Part shown: positions 44,639 to 55,351 of the stretch, piece by piece
Numbering within the stretch: the stretch's first letter is position 1
Layout of the letters: each line of letters opens with the position of its first letter
Origin: TPA_inf: Saccharomyces
Taxonomy: Eukaryota
Length of the DNA stretch: 64,000 nt
Assembly (NCBI GenBank): GCA_000146045.2
Contig: BK006946.2
Coordinates: 544,001 to 608,000 of the forward strand
Direction: 5' to 3'
The notes under the pieces: generated by a model
Seen by the model: the letters and a program-made list of their open reading frames with translations, nothing else
Told to the model about the DNA's origin: nothing
Database searches by the model: none
Translations under genes and position numbers: made by a program

Positions 44639-45550
44639 TTGTTGTTGTTGTTGCTGTTGCTGTTGCTGTTGCGGTTGATGCTGGGGTTGATGCTGAGGCT
44701 GCTGGATCTGCTGTTGAGATGATTGCTGGGGCTGTGCTGGTGATTGCAAATCATTGAAGTGTTTATGTAGATTTATAGTTGCGTACTGCTGCCCAGCAAT
44801 ATCACTGTTTATAGCAGTATCAGGTGCAAAATTAGCGCTATTCTGTTTGTCGTAGACACCGGAAGTTCTCGATAGAAATCTTTCGGAGACGTTTCGATTG
44901 GTTGGATCGTTTAAATTAAAGTTACTTCCGTCACCATTGGGCCTAAAACTCTCCTCTGAAACTGGAAAACTATTTTGAGTTGGTGGAATCACATTTGGTG
45001 GGAGATTAGAGAAATGGGAAGGCATATTAGATTTAGAATTAGCTGGCAAAATTGGTATTATTCTCTCTCTTAAAGGATTATGATCCTGTTGGTACCCAGA
45101 TTCTAGGTCTCCATTGAACAATGATTGAAAAATTTCCCACCATTCCAGTAAAAACGTGTCATTAGCGTCCATCAGCATTTTCGAAGGTAATAGCCCATCT
45201 TCACTAACAATGTCACCCTTAGATGCAATATCCATTAATCCCTGCTTCAGGCTGGCGTTCAAGCTAGTTTTCCCACCCGAAGCAGATCCGTTTATTCTAG
45301 ATAAAGGAAGGTCAGCTTCGCTTAAAAATTTTGCGGCAGAGTTCCAGTAATTGTTTTTGATTAAATAGTTATAAATATGGGCGTACAATAATTGCTTAGA
45401 GTTCTTAGCCATTACATCCGAAACGAAAACTCGAGAATCCGCATCAAACTGCAACTGAGTATGGCTATTCAAACCTTTGATATTGGGAGCTGAGCTAAAA
45501 TCCGTGTTACTAGAGCGCTCATTTGTATTAATATTGGTCGTGTTATCCAT
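43274..45550 (-). CDS. MSS11: Transcription factor regulating filamentous growth, FLO11 and starch degradation; contains long polyQ and polyN tracts; 758 aa
   Basis: The track ORF starts at a GTG at 45563-45565. The first ATG is at 45548-45550 (rc), giving MDNTTNINTNERSSNTDFSSAP... and 758 aa. LisH-like N-terminal region. A Q run of about 35 and an N run of about 35 interrupted by S. Position matches YMR164C. Confidence 0.88.
43630..43740 (-). repeat. MSS11: (AAT)n / (AAC)n trinucleotide repeat encoding the MSS11 polyasparagine tract
   Basis: The plus strand shows (ATT)n with occasional ACT and GTT for about 110 nt. Confidence 0.95.
44560..44700 (-). repeat. MSS11: Imperfect (CAA/CAG)n trinucleotide repeat encoding the MSS11 polyglutamine tract
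   Basis: The plus strand shows (TTG/CTG)n for about 130 nt. The three alternative reading frames produce the poly-L and poly-A/V artefact ORFs in the track. Confidence 0.95.
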
Positions 45551-46039
45551 ATCTTTATCATGCACCTTTTTCTTATTTCACTGCAGTTTAACGAAAAATT
45601 GACAAAAGAACCGGGAGATACCAAAGGGAAAAACCAAAAGAGTCACACAGGATTGCAATAGAAATCTTTCTGGTCTTTTCTACTATGGTGATTTTATTAT
45701 ACCCCTCCTCTTCCTGTTATACACGCATTGTATTTCGGCATTGCCTCTTGGCCGCTTTTTTCACCTGACGTAATACCTGTTGCAGCAAGCGAGTTTCGTG
45801 TGCGTATAGAAAAGTATTTACCTTGACATTTCGAAGAAGTATGTAATTACCAAATAGCTCAGAAGAACACTTGGTACGTAACAATCATCGTTTACCTTTT
45901 TCTTCTATCAAAAAATTTTCTTCTTTTTTTTTTCCTTCTCTTTTCTTAAATAAAATTGAAAAATTGTTACTTAGTACTTCATAATTTTACTTAATATGCA
46001 GTATGGATCGTTATAAATAATATTCGGCTACAAGAATCT

Positions 46040-48628
46040 TTAATCTTCGAATTCATCTTCGTCGAATTCATCGTCATCGAATTCATCGCTTACTCTTGAA
46101 TCCAAATCTTTATCGTCCATTGAGTTGTGGGGTAGCTGATTGCGCCCTGTTTCATTAACACTTTGCTCCCTTCGTGATTCGGTATCTGAATTCCCAAGTG
46201 AATGTACGTCATTTGAAACGTTGATCTTTGAAACAATTCTTGTTGGAGCGCCGGCCTTTGACACAGAGAGCTTTTTGAACTCTTTATCGATACTAGTCGC
46301 GGCTGCAGAAGATGCTCTCCTTGATTTAGTTCTATTGTAATTGGAGTCTTCATCATCCATATCGTCTAAATATCTTAGTTTTGGCGATGCAAGTGGAGAA
46401 CCTAGCTCCAAATATATTTGTTTTCCAATGTCCCCTTTGGACATTGTAGATTTATTGGGCGTGGATCCTGAGCTACTATGGGAACTCACCAGGTCAGACG
46501 CATTTTCTACATCAGACGAAGCGGCTAAAACTTCGTTGTTATTTGTGCTGCCGCTCACATTTCTTTGCGGGGCTTTAGTGACCTTGGCGGTTTTGACTGA
46601 ATTTGCCCTATTTCTACTAATGTTGCTTTGTTGTGATACGTCAGTATCTTCATCGATGTTATCAGAATCATCATTGCTAATATCCGATAAGTTGTCGATG
46701 TCGACTAACGGGTCTCTCCAAAAATTTACGTCTGTGAATTTCTCTTCCTGATTGCCTCTAAATAGCGTTTTGCGACCTGAAGTAATTTCTGAGTCAAAGT
46801 TATCCAACGTTCTATTAGGGGGGGAGCCAGGAACCATGGAAGTATTAGTTCTTAGATCGACACTATCAAGGCTGACTGGTGGAAAGAAATGATCGACAAG
46901 CTCATTGATATGAATATAGGAGCTTCTGTAACCTGCTAACTCCAATAATTCCATATGAACCTCACCCTCTGTATTTATTGTGAAAATTCTTGAACTAGGT
47001 ATCCCCACAGTTCTGTAAGATAAAGCATCAGTAATCCTATTACCAAAGCCGGCAAAAAATGGTGTTGATTTTTCCTCTGTATCCACTTCGTTATCACTGT
47101 CTTCAAAATACAAGGATCTTATGTCGTTTAGACACGCGATTTTAAAGACTTCAGGTTTTTTTAGTATTACTTCCCGCCTTAACGCAGCCATCGTTCTATC
47201 GGGTGATAAAATCACAGGCCCATTTGGTAGTTTGCTGCCATTCTGTTCAATTGATCGCAAATAACTCCTCGTGGAATCAGCTTGTCCAGCACTTCTTGCA
47301 GTTAGATAGAGTATATTATAGCCATTCCTGGAGATCTCGCTAAATAACTTGGCTACACCCAAGTGCGTCCAGTCTTTTCCTATCATTGCCAGAACATGGC
47401 CTAAAGCGTCCGATTTTGTGATGGTGCCATCAATATCACTGATAACAATTGGAACATCCCACCTCCAAACGAATAATTTTGACGTAACAATAGCTTTTCC
47501 GTGATCTACGGAAAATTTCAGATCATTTTCACCATAAGTTAAATTTAGGCACTTTAACTGGTCATTAGTCAATCTTATCGTTCGTATGTATCTTTTCTCG
47601 GTCTCACCGCTCCCTGCTGTTCCTTTCTTGCTAGTTTTTTCACTTTTACTGCTTTGTTCTTTGCTAAATGATGTTTCGTCCTCAGTATCGGAACCAGAAG
47701 GTGAAGAAGATAACGAATTCAAAGTACTTCCTGATTCCATTGCATCTAAGCCTAAAACTGATCCGCTTGTGGCCATTGTTGGAGGCGTACCTGGAGGAGA
47801 TAAATCAGTAAGGTGCTCGTAAGGATTTACGATCTTGATGTTGCCATTTTTGTCCTCCTTGATAAAACTGGAAATATCTGAATCATTACCGAATTCGTCC
47901 TTTAACAACTGCTTCAGTTGTATGTCTGTGTCATGCATCATATTCTTGTTTGGCTTGTAACCTTCAGTGTCTAGTAGTAAGTCGCCATTGTTATCAAGTT
48001 TACTGGGTATATGGATTTCAGTGAGTTTTTTGTTTAGTTTTTGCTGAAAGTTCTTTGTACGCTGCTCAACAAGCTTCCTCTCTTCAACTGAATCTGGTGG
48101 TGTCGTTGTAGAGGATTCAGTAGGAGAAAGCGACCCTGTAGTTTCACTATTTTTACTGCCTGAATCTCCAGTGTCATTGATATCTAAAAAATCTGGTTCC
48201 TCTAGCACTTTCTTTTCCTTCTTCTTATTTTCATTTTCACCTTCACCTTCACCCTCGGTTCCTCCTTCTAAGATGGATGTTTCAGGTGATTGAGGGGGGC
48301 TTGATGTGGCGCTCATCACGGGCGACACAAGCAATTCGTCAGGGACATCAGTGACCTGGTCACCCATCTCGAAAACGAAATAGGCTTCTCCAGAATCACT
48401 CAGTTTCATTGGCATATTACTCAGTTTCTCATTTATAAACACTTGGACTTTCTTTTGAGATGGCTTTAGAATTTGAAATTTGCCGAACCTCACATGAAAG
48501 GGAGAACATGATAGCCTTCCGTCTGGATGCTCCACTACAATGACATCTATAGCACCTGATAGCGTAGCCGGATTGATAGAAGACCATGTTTTAGACACAG
48601 ACCCAAGAGCTCTGCCTACGTACTGCAT
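46040..48628 (-). CDS. PAH1: Mg2+-dependent phosphatidate phosphatase (lipin homologue), 862 aa
   Basis: ATG at 48626-48628 (rc). N-LIP region, HAD-like catalytic motif DIDGTIT, Ser-rich phosphorylation region and an acidic C-terminal tail DEFDDDEFDEDEFED. 862 aa matches PAH1/SMP2 (YMR165C). Confidence 0.92.
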   Translation of the reverse strand: MQYVGRALGSVSKTWSSINPATLSGAIDVIVVEHPDGRLSCSPFHVRFGKFQILKPSQKKVQVFINEKLSNMPMKLSDSGEAYFVFEMGDQVTDVPDELLVSPVMSATSSPPQSPETSILEGGTEGEGEGENENKKKEKKVLEEPDFLDINDTGDSGSKNSETTGSLSPTESSTTTPPDSVEERKLVEQRTKNFQQKLNKKLTEIHIPSKLDNNGDLLLDTEGYKPNKNMMHDTDIQLKQLLKDEFGNDSDISSFIKEDKNGNIKIVNPYEHLTDLSPPGTPPTMATSGSVLGLDAMESGSTLNSLSSSPSGSDTEDETSFSKEQSSKSEKTSKKGTAGSGETEKRYIRTIRLTNDQLKCLNLTYGENDLKFSVDHGKAIVTSKLFVWRWDVPIVISDIDGTITKSDALGHVLAMIGKDWTHLGVAKLFSEISRNGYNILYLTARSAGQADSTRSYLRSIEQNGSKLPNGPVILSPDRTMAALRREVILKKPEVFKIACLNDIRSLYFEDSDNEVDTEEKSTPFFAGFGNRITDALSYRTVGIPSSRIFTINTEGEVHMELLELAGYRSSYIHINELVDHFFPPVSLDSVDLRTNTSMVPGSPPNRTLDNFDSEITSGRKTLFRGNQEEKFTDVNFWRDPLVDIDNLSDISNDDSDNIDEDTDVSQQSNISRNRANSVKTAKVTKAPQRNVSGSTNNNEVLAASSDVENASDLVSSHSSSGSTPNKSTMSKGDIGKQIYLELGSPLASPKLRYLDDMDDEDSNYNRTKSRRASSAAATSIDKEFKKLSVSKAGAPTRIVSKINVSNDVHSLGNSDTESRREQSVNETGRNQLPHNSMDDKDLDSRVSDEFDDDEFDEDEFED

Positions 48629-49366
48629 AATCGACCGATGTGTCTATCTTCAGTAATTTCTTCCCTGTATGTTTCTTAGAAGGTAAAACTGTGATTACGA
48701 AGGTGTAGTGTCCAATTGGTCTGATTAACACTTCTTGAACACGTTTTACTAAATTGTTGAATGTATTTTCTTTATAAACACAAGCCCCCACGATGGCCTA
48801 CTCTTCACTTGTCCTTGCTCTTCCTTCTACCCTCACCGTGCGCTGCTTTCAACGCTGGCCGGAAAAGCCGAGAAAAAGAGATAGATAATAGAGAAAAGAG
48901 AGCCCATTGTCTAAAGGGAGGGAAACCGAAGGACGAAAAGGGCCCGCGACAGACCGTTTAGAGAATGAGCAGCACGTGGGCACTTCGATTTTGTCTCCCA
49001 GTGATGTAGTGTTATGATATACAAGATGAGTTTGGACCCTGTTCAAGCAAATCTGTCACATTTGTTAGACTTTTTTTTAAACGAGCCCTCCAAACAAGAA
49101 CGCTCAGTGTTAGGAACTGCGAACGAAGAGAGAAATGCGTATTAAACTTAGATGAGTATTCTTGCCGTAAATGACTATATACAAAACTTATTCGGAAGAA
49201 CCTATATCTATGTATGTGAAATGATAAGTACAAGACCCACTGTGATGTGCAGTGATGGCGAATAGGGTGAGGTCCCTTGTACTGTCTTTATTGTAGCCGC
49301 TTGTAGGAAAAGTTTTATCACATAAAATTATCCTCTAGAGAGTTAGATGAGCCAGAAATCAGGCTC

Positions 49367-50473
49367 TTAGTCCGTTGGAAATGCGTTACTTAATCCGCGT
49401 AGGGTCATTTGATACAGAAGCAACATTATACTGCTCTGAACACTTGTCCAGACGAATCTAGGGCCAACGCCACTAAAGAAACCTAACACACCTTCAGATT
49501 GGTAGACCGTCCGAAGGCTGAGCGAAATCGAGTTGGAAAGTGCTGCCGGTCTGCCGTTTGTTACATGTGGATGTGTTACTGAGTATGATTTGTTGCTTTG
49601 GCTGGGCGGCTGTTGAGTTTGGACTCTAGTCTTAACAACATCCATTGGTGTGGTAATGATTCCCGCCAGTCCACCTGCACAGGCACCAGTCAATATTTCA
49701 TTAGGTATAGACAACTCACCATCCCTACCATCTTTCTGTTCAATCTTGAAAGCCAATTGCCTAAACTTTTCGTAGAAGGCAAACTGCAATGCACTAAATG
49801 GCAAATCTCTGGCTAAAGTGGCTTTGTATCCAAAAAATAGTGAGCGAAACCCTTCTTCTTTTATAACTGTCTTTATGGCATTTCTTAAATTCGAATAATT
49901 ATAGCCAGATTGAAAGAAAGGATTATTGAACCTTCCTTGCAATTGTAGCCTTGTCTTTAGGACCTCTGATGGAACATAAACAAAACTGGAGATAAAATCG
50001 CCAAGAAATCCAGCGCTCAAATGTGTGATGGTATCGTTAATCTGCCAATCTTCTATCATTGTTCTCTTAGTATATTCATAGGTCCCAAAGAAGATTGCCG
50101 CTGACGGGAAGGAGCCTAACATGGCAGCCATGTAACCGCCGTATAGCCCCCTTCTCACGCCTTCTTCTAGCCAAATGGTACGATATGCAGAGATCATGTT
50201 CCTGTATTTTTTGACATTGGGTGCGCCCTGTTGTCTTGTCTTAACAGTATCCAATGAATGCATCGCAGAATCTCCTATTTTTCCACCAATCCCACCGGAG
50301 ACGACACAATGCCATATAGGGCTTAAGTCCTCATCTGAATCGCCTCTTTTTTTGTGCAGTTTATCATCTTTTCGGTTATTATTTGGTTGATCTGGAGTTC
50401 CTTCTGATGTCGGGGGATGGTCATGAGGCGTATGTATTATCGGTATTGAAGAACTCAGGTTCCATGAGTTCAT
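49367..50473 (-). CDS. MME1: Mitochondrial carrier family protein (putative Mg2+ exporter), 368 aa
   Basis: ATG at 50471-50473 (rc). Three mitochondrial-carrier repeats with Px[DE]xx[KR] signatures ([16 protein letters not shown]). 368 aa matches YMR166C. Confidence 0.85.
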
Positions 50474-50885
50474 TATCTTTTATACCAGTCGGTTGGAAGT
50501 GAAGATTATTATGCGTGCTTCGTTAGAATACTCAGCGTTTGTTTTCGGCTTGCTTTGATGTTTTTTCAAATTAATGAACACAATGTAAGAAGTCGCTATC
50601 GTTGTAGGGTCCTAGAGATGTCAAGTTAGAGTTCAATCGCAAGAAAAATAGGAATGTGATACCTTCTATTGCATGCAAAGATAGTGTAGGAGGCGCTGCT
50701 ATTGCCAAAGACTTTTGAGACCGCTTGCTGTTTCATTATAGTTGAGGAGTTCTCGAAGACGAGAAATTAGCAGTTTTCGGTGTTTAGTAATCGCGCTAGC
50801 ATGCTAGGACAATTTAACTGCAAAATTTTGATACGATAGTGATAGTAAATGGAAGGTAAAAATAACATAGACCTATCAATAAGCA

Positions 50886-53195
50886 ATGTCTCTCAGAATA
50901 AAAGCACTTGATGCATCAGTGGTTAACAAAATTGCTGCAGGTGAGATCATAATATCCCCCGTAAATGCTCTCAAAGAAATGATGGAGAATTCCATCGATG
51001 CGAATGCTACAATGATTGATATTCTAGTCAAGGAAGGAGGAATTAAGGTACTTCAAATAACAGATAACGGATCTGGAATTAATAAAGCAGACCTGCCAAT
51101 CTTATGTGAGCGATTCACGACGTCCAAATTACAAAAATTCGAAGATTTGAGTCAGATTCAAACGTATGGATTCCGAGGAGAAGCTTTAGCCAGTATCTCA
51201 CATGTGGCAAGAGTCACAGTAACGACAAAAGTTAAAGAAGACAGATGTGCATGGAGAGTTTCATATGCAGAAGGTAAGATGTTGGAAAGCCCCAAACCTG
51301 TTGCTGGAAAAGACGGTACCACGATCCTAGTTGAAGACCTTTTTTTCAATATTCCTTCTAGATTAAGGGCCTTGAGGTCCCATAATGATGAATACTCTAA
51401 AATATTAGATGTTGTCGGGCGATACGCCATTCATTCCAAGGACATTGGCTTTTCTTGTAAAAAGTTCGGAGACTCTAATTATTCTTTATCAGTTAAACCT
51501 TCATATACCGTCCAGGATAGGATTAGGACTGTGTTCAATAAATCTGTGGCTTCGAATTTAATTACTTTTCATATCAGCAAAGTAGAAGATTTAAACCTGG
51601 AAAGCGTTGATGGAAAGGTGTGTAATTTGAATTTCATATCCAAAAAGTCCATTTCACCAATTTTTTTCATTAATAATAGACTAGTGACATGTGATCTTCT
51701 AAGAAGAGCTTTGAACAGCGTTTACTCCAATTATCTGCCAAAGGGCAACAGACCTTTTATTTATTTGGGAATTGTTATAGATCCGGCGGCTGTTGATGTT
51801 AACGTTCACCCGACAAAGAGAGAGGTTCGTTTCCTGAGCCAAGATGAGATCATAGAGAAAATCGCCAATCAATTGCACGCCGAATTATCTGCCATTGATA
51901 CTTCACGTACTTTCAAGGCTTCTTCAATTTCAACAAACAAGCCAGAGTCATTGATACCATTTAATGACACCATAGAAAGTGATAGGAATAGGAAGAGTCT
52001 CCGACAAGCCCAAGTGGTAGAGAATTCATATACGACAGCCAATAGTCAACTAAGGAAAGCGAAAAGACAAGAGAATAAACTAGTCAGAATAGATGCTTCA
52101 CAAGCTAAAATTACGTCATTTTTATCCTCAAGTCAACAGTTCAACTTTGAAGGATCGTCTACAAAGCGACAACTGAGTGAACCCAAGGTAACAAATGTAA
52201 GCCACTCCCAAGAGGCAGAAAAGCTGACACTAAATGAAAGCGAACAACCGCGTGATGCCAATACAATCAATGATAATGACTTGAAGGATCAACCTAAGAA
52301 GAAACAAAAGTTGGGGGATTATAAAGTTCCAAGCATTGCCGATGACGAAAAGAATGCACTCCCGATTTCAAAAGACGGGTATATTAGAGTACCTAAGGAG
52401 CGAGTTAATGTTAATCTTACGAGTATCAAGAAATTGCGTGAAAAAGTAGATGATTCGATACATCGAGAACTAACAGACATTTTTGCAAATTTGAATTACG
52501 TTGGGGTTGTAGATGAGGAAAGAAGATTAGCCGCTATTCAGCATGACTTAAAGCTTTTTTTAATAGATTACGGATCTGTGTGCTATGAGCTATTCTATCA
52601 GATTGGTTTGACAGACTTCGCAAACTTTGGTAAGATAAACCTACAGAGTACAAATGTGTCAGATGATATAGTTTTGTATAATCTCCTATCAGAATTTGAC
52701 GAGTTAAATGACGATGCTTCCAAAGAAAAAATAATTAGTAAAATATGGGACATGAGCAGTATGCTAAATGAGTACTATTCCATAGAATTGGTGAATGATG
52801 GTCTAGATAATGACTTAAAGTCTGTGAAGCTAAAATCTCTACCACTACTTTTAAAAGGCTACATTCCATCTCTGGTCAAGTTACCATTTTTTATATATCG
52901 CCTGGGTAAAGAAGTTGATTGGGAGGATGAACAAGAGTGTCTAGATGGTATTTTAAGAGAGATTGCATTACTCTATATACCTGATATGGTTCCGAAAGTC
53001 GATACATCTGATGCATCGTTGTCAGAAGACGAAAAAGCCCAGTTTATAAATAGAAAGGAACACATATCCTCATTACTAGAACACGTTCTCTTCCCTTGTA
53101 TCAAACGAAGGTTCCTGGCCCCTAGACACATTCTCAAGGATGTCGTGGAAATAGCCAACCTTCCAGATCTATACAAAGTTTTTGAGAGGTGTTAA
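50886..53195 (+). CDS. MLH1: DNA mismatch repair protein, MutL homologue, GHKL ATPase, 769 aa
   Basis: ATG at 50886. N-terminal GHKL ATPase motifs (ELVENSIDA-like EMMENSIDA; DNGSGI; GFRGEAL). 769 aa matches MLH1 (YMR167W). Confidence 0.93.
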   Translation: MSLRIKALDASVVNKIAAGEIIISPVNALKEMMENSIDANATMIDILVKEGGIKVLQITDNGSGINKADLPILCERFTTSKLQKFEDLSQIQTYGFRGEALASISHVARVTVTTKVKEDRCAWRVSYAEGKMLESPKPVAGKDGTTILVEDLFFNIPSRLRALRSHNDEYSKILDVVGRYAIHSKDIGFSCKKFGDSNYSLSVKPSYTVQDRIRTVFNKSVASNLITFHISKVEDLNLESVDGKVCNLNFISKKSISPIFFINNRLVTCDLLRRALNSVYSNYLPKGNRPFIYLGIVIDPAAVDVNVHPTKREVRFLSQDEIIEKIANQLHAELSAIDTSRTFKASSISTNKPESLIPFNDTIESDRNRKSLRQAQVVENSYTTANSQLRKAKRQENKLVRIDASQAKITSFLSSSQQFNFEGSSTKRQLSEPKVTNVSHSQEAEKLTLNESEQPRDANTINDNDLKDQPKKKQKLGDYKVPSIADDEKNALPISKDGYIRVPKERVNVNLTSIKKLREKVDDSIHRELTDIFANLNYVGVVDEERRLAAIQHDLKLFLIDYGSVCYELFYQIGLTDFANFGKINLQSTNVSDDIVLYNLLSEFDELNDDASKEKIISKIWDMSSMLNEYYSIELVNDGLDNDLKSVKLKSLPLLLKGYIPSLVKLPFFIYRLGKEVDWEDEQECLDGILREIALLYIPDMVPKVDTSDASLSEDEKAQFINRKEHISSLLEHVLFPCIKRRFLAPRHILKDVVEIANLPDLYKVFERC

Positions 53196-53331
53196 CTTTA
53201 AAACGTTTTGGCTGTAATACCAAAGTTTTTTGTTTATTTCCTGAGTGTGATTGTGTTTCATTTGAAAGTGTATGCCCTTTCCTTTAACGATTCATCCGCG
53301 AGATTTCAAAGGATATGAAATATGGTTGCAG

Positions 53332-55158
53332 TTAGGAAAGTATGTCAGAAATGTTATATTCGGATTGAAACTCTTCTACAATAGTTCTGAAGTCACTTGG
53401 TTCCGTATTGTTTTCGTCCTCTTCCTCAAGCAACGATTCTTGTCTAAGCTTATTCAACGGTACCAAAGACCCGAGTCCTTTTATGAGAGAAAACATTTCA
53501 TCATTTTTCAACTCAATTATCTTAATATCATTTTGTAGTATTTTGAAAACAGGATGGTAAAACGAATCACCTGAATCTAGAAGCTGTACCTTGTCCCATA
53601 AAAGTTTTAATTTACTGAGCCTTTCGGTCAAGTAAACTAGTTTATCTAGTTTTGAACCGAATATTGTGGGCAGATTTGCAGTAAGTTCAGTTAGATCTAC
53701 TAAAAGTTGTTTGACAGCAGCCGATTCCACAAAAATTTGGTAAAAGGAGATGAAAGAGACCACGCGCGTAATGGTTTGCATCACCATCGGATGTCTGTTG
53801 AAAAACTCACTTTTTGCATGGAAGTTATTAACAATAAGACTAATGATTACCTTAGAATAATGTATAACCTTTAGTAGTGAATCTGCGGTATCATAATAAA
53901 TGAGATACATCTTAAACAATTTCCAGGAAACAGTAGATATTTGAAAAAGTGCAATAAATTTTTGAAATCTGCTGTTATTTGATCTAAAATCTTCTTCCAA
54001 CGAATCTACTTTGTATTGAAAAATATCGAGCTCCCTCCTTATAGCATCCAATGTTTTTAAGGGAGGTTTAGAACTCTTGTTCAAGTATTGATCTAAATCT
54101 CTGTCTAATGAGATGATTTTCCAATACAAGACCTCTGTGCTGTTTTCTTCCCTGTAAACATCAACGTTAGGCAAATCCTGCAAATATGCTGCATGTTGTA
54201 ATAGGGAGGATACTTCTGTATGAAGTGCAATTGGTTTGCGTGGCCCCGATTGAAGATAATCGCATCCACACAGGCGATAGAATATTCTTCCCAAGGTTAC
54301 TTTAGCGATGCTTTCAACGGGGTCATCATTAAGTAAAGGTCTAAAGTCATCCACATGAAAATTTTTAAAGGTATGGATGCACTGTGTTAGGAGCGAATTT
54401 GCCAACAACGGTTCATCGTAGGGGAAAGTTGTAGTGGCTAAAATCAGATATGCTTGAACGAGCCTTATATCGGGATGCGCCATGAAATCACATTGTTTCA
54501 ATTGGAATAATGAGCAGCGTGCAAAATTTTGGCACATGACTAATTGCATACCATCTTCCCAATTGAGCCTTTTGTTGCTACCCAAATATTCATGGAGAGG
54601 ATATACTGAAAATATTTCTGCTAACTTCTCGACTGGCATATAATAAATGCACATGGTAAAGACAGACCATATTAGTGCGTCCCAGTATTTGCCGTCTACA
54701 CTGTGATTCTTGTCTGCCCTTCTATCCCAGTACTGTTCCACCCTCAAATATAATTCACTGATATCTCCAATGGAACCAAAATACAAAGCACCTAAGTTTT
54801 CCATAGCAAAGTTCATCAATTGGAATGATTGGTCTTTTTGAAGATAATTCATCCAAAACATACATTCTTCAGTATCAGTATCCAAATTAGCTGGTGTTCT
54901 AGTAAGATCTCTTTGTTTTGTTTTGTACAGCCCAATATTCGTTATCCAATATTCATAATTTTGCCAGAATAACAATAGGTCAGGGAGATATTCCTTGGAA
55001 GATGAAGCCGTTATTAGTTTTGTTGATTTCATACATTCGGAGTCCTGTCCTCTCTTCCTGCAGTTTCCACACGGTATCATACGATCACATTTGACTTTTC
55101 GCCTCGTACACACGGAACAGGGATGCTTGGATTTCAGTTGAGTGGTACGGTTAAACAT
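53332..55158 (-). CDS. CEP3: Kinetochore CBF3 complex subunit, Zn2Cys6 binuclear cluster protein, 608 aa
   Basis: ATG at 55156-55158 (rc). N-terminal Zn2Cys6 motif CSVCTRRKVKCDRMIPCGNCRKRGQDSEC. 608 aa matches CEP3 (YMR168C). Confidence 0.92.
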   Translation of the reverse strand: MFNRTTQLKSKHPCSVCTRRKVKCDRMIPCGNCRKRGQDSECMKSTKLITASSSKEYLPDLLLFWQNYEYWITNIGLYKTKQRDLTRTPANLDTDTEECMFWMNYLQKDQSFQLMNFAMENLGALYFGSIGDISELYLRVEQYWDRRADKNHSVDGKYWDALIWSVFTMCIYYMPVEKLAEIFSVYPLHEYLGSNKRLNWEDGMQLVMCQNFARCSLFQLKQCDFMAHPDIRLVQAYLILATTTFPYDEPLLANSLLTQCIHTFKNFHVDDFRPLLNDDPVESIAKVTLGRIFYRLCGCDYLQSGPRKPIALHTEVSSLLQHAAYLQDLPNVDVYREENSTEVLYWKIISLDRDLDQYLNKSSKPPLKTLDAIRRELDIFQYKVDSLEEDFRSNNSRFQKFIALFQISTVSWKLFKMYLIYYDTADSLLKVIHYSKVIISLIVNNFHAKSEFFNRHPMVMQTITRVVSFISFYQIFVESAAVKQLLVDLTELTANLPTIFGSKLDKLVYLTERLSKLKLLWDKVQLLDSGDSFYHPVFKILQNDIKIIELKNDEMFSLIKGLGSLVPLNKLRQESLLEEEDENNTEPSDFRTIVEEFQSEYNISDILS

Positions 55159-55351
55159 TATTATTAGGATGCAAACTCGTGTTCGTAACTTTTGTCATCA
55201 CCTGCTCTCTGAAGGTTGGTTATAATATTTCATTCTCTTACGCTTAGCTTACATGGCTGCGCGCACTTCATTTAAAGCCGTAAAAAATAAAGATTTCATA
55301 GAATATGAAGCTTTGAATCTCATGTAAACATTTATATAACTATGTAACGAA

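Noticed and set aside
48974-48979. CACGTG E-box (Cbf1/Pho4/Tye7-type) in the PAH1 upstream region
   Set aside because: A single 6-mer is expected by chance every few kb. No flanking context supports a specific factor, so it is not reported as a regulatory feature.
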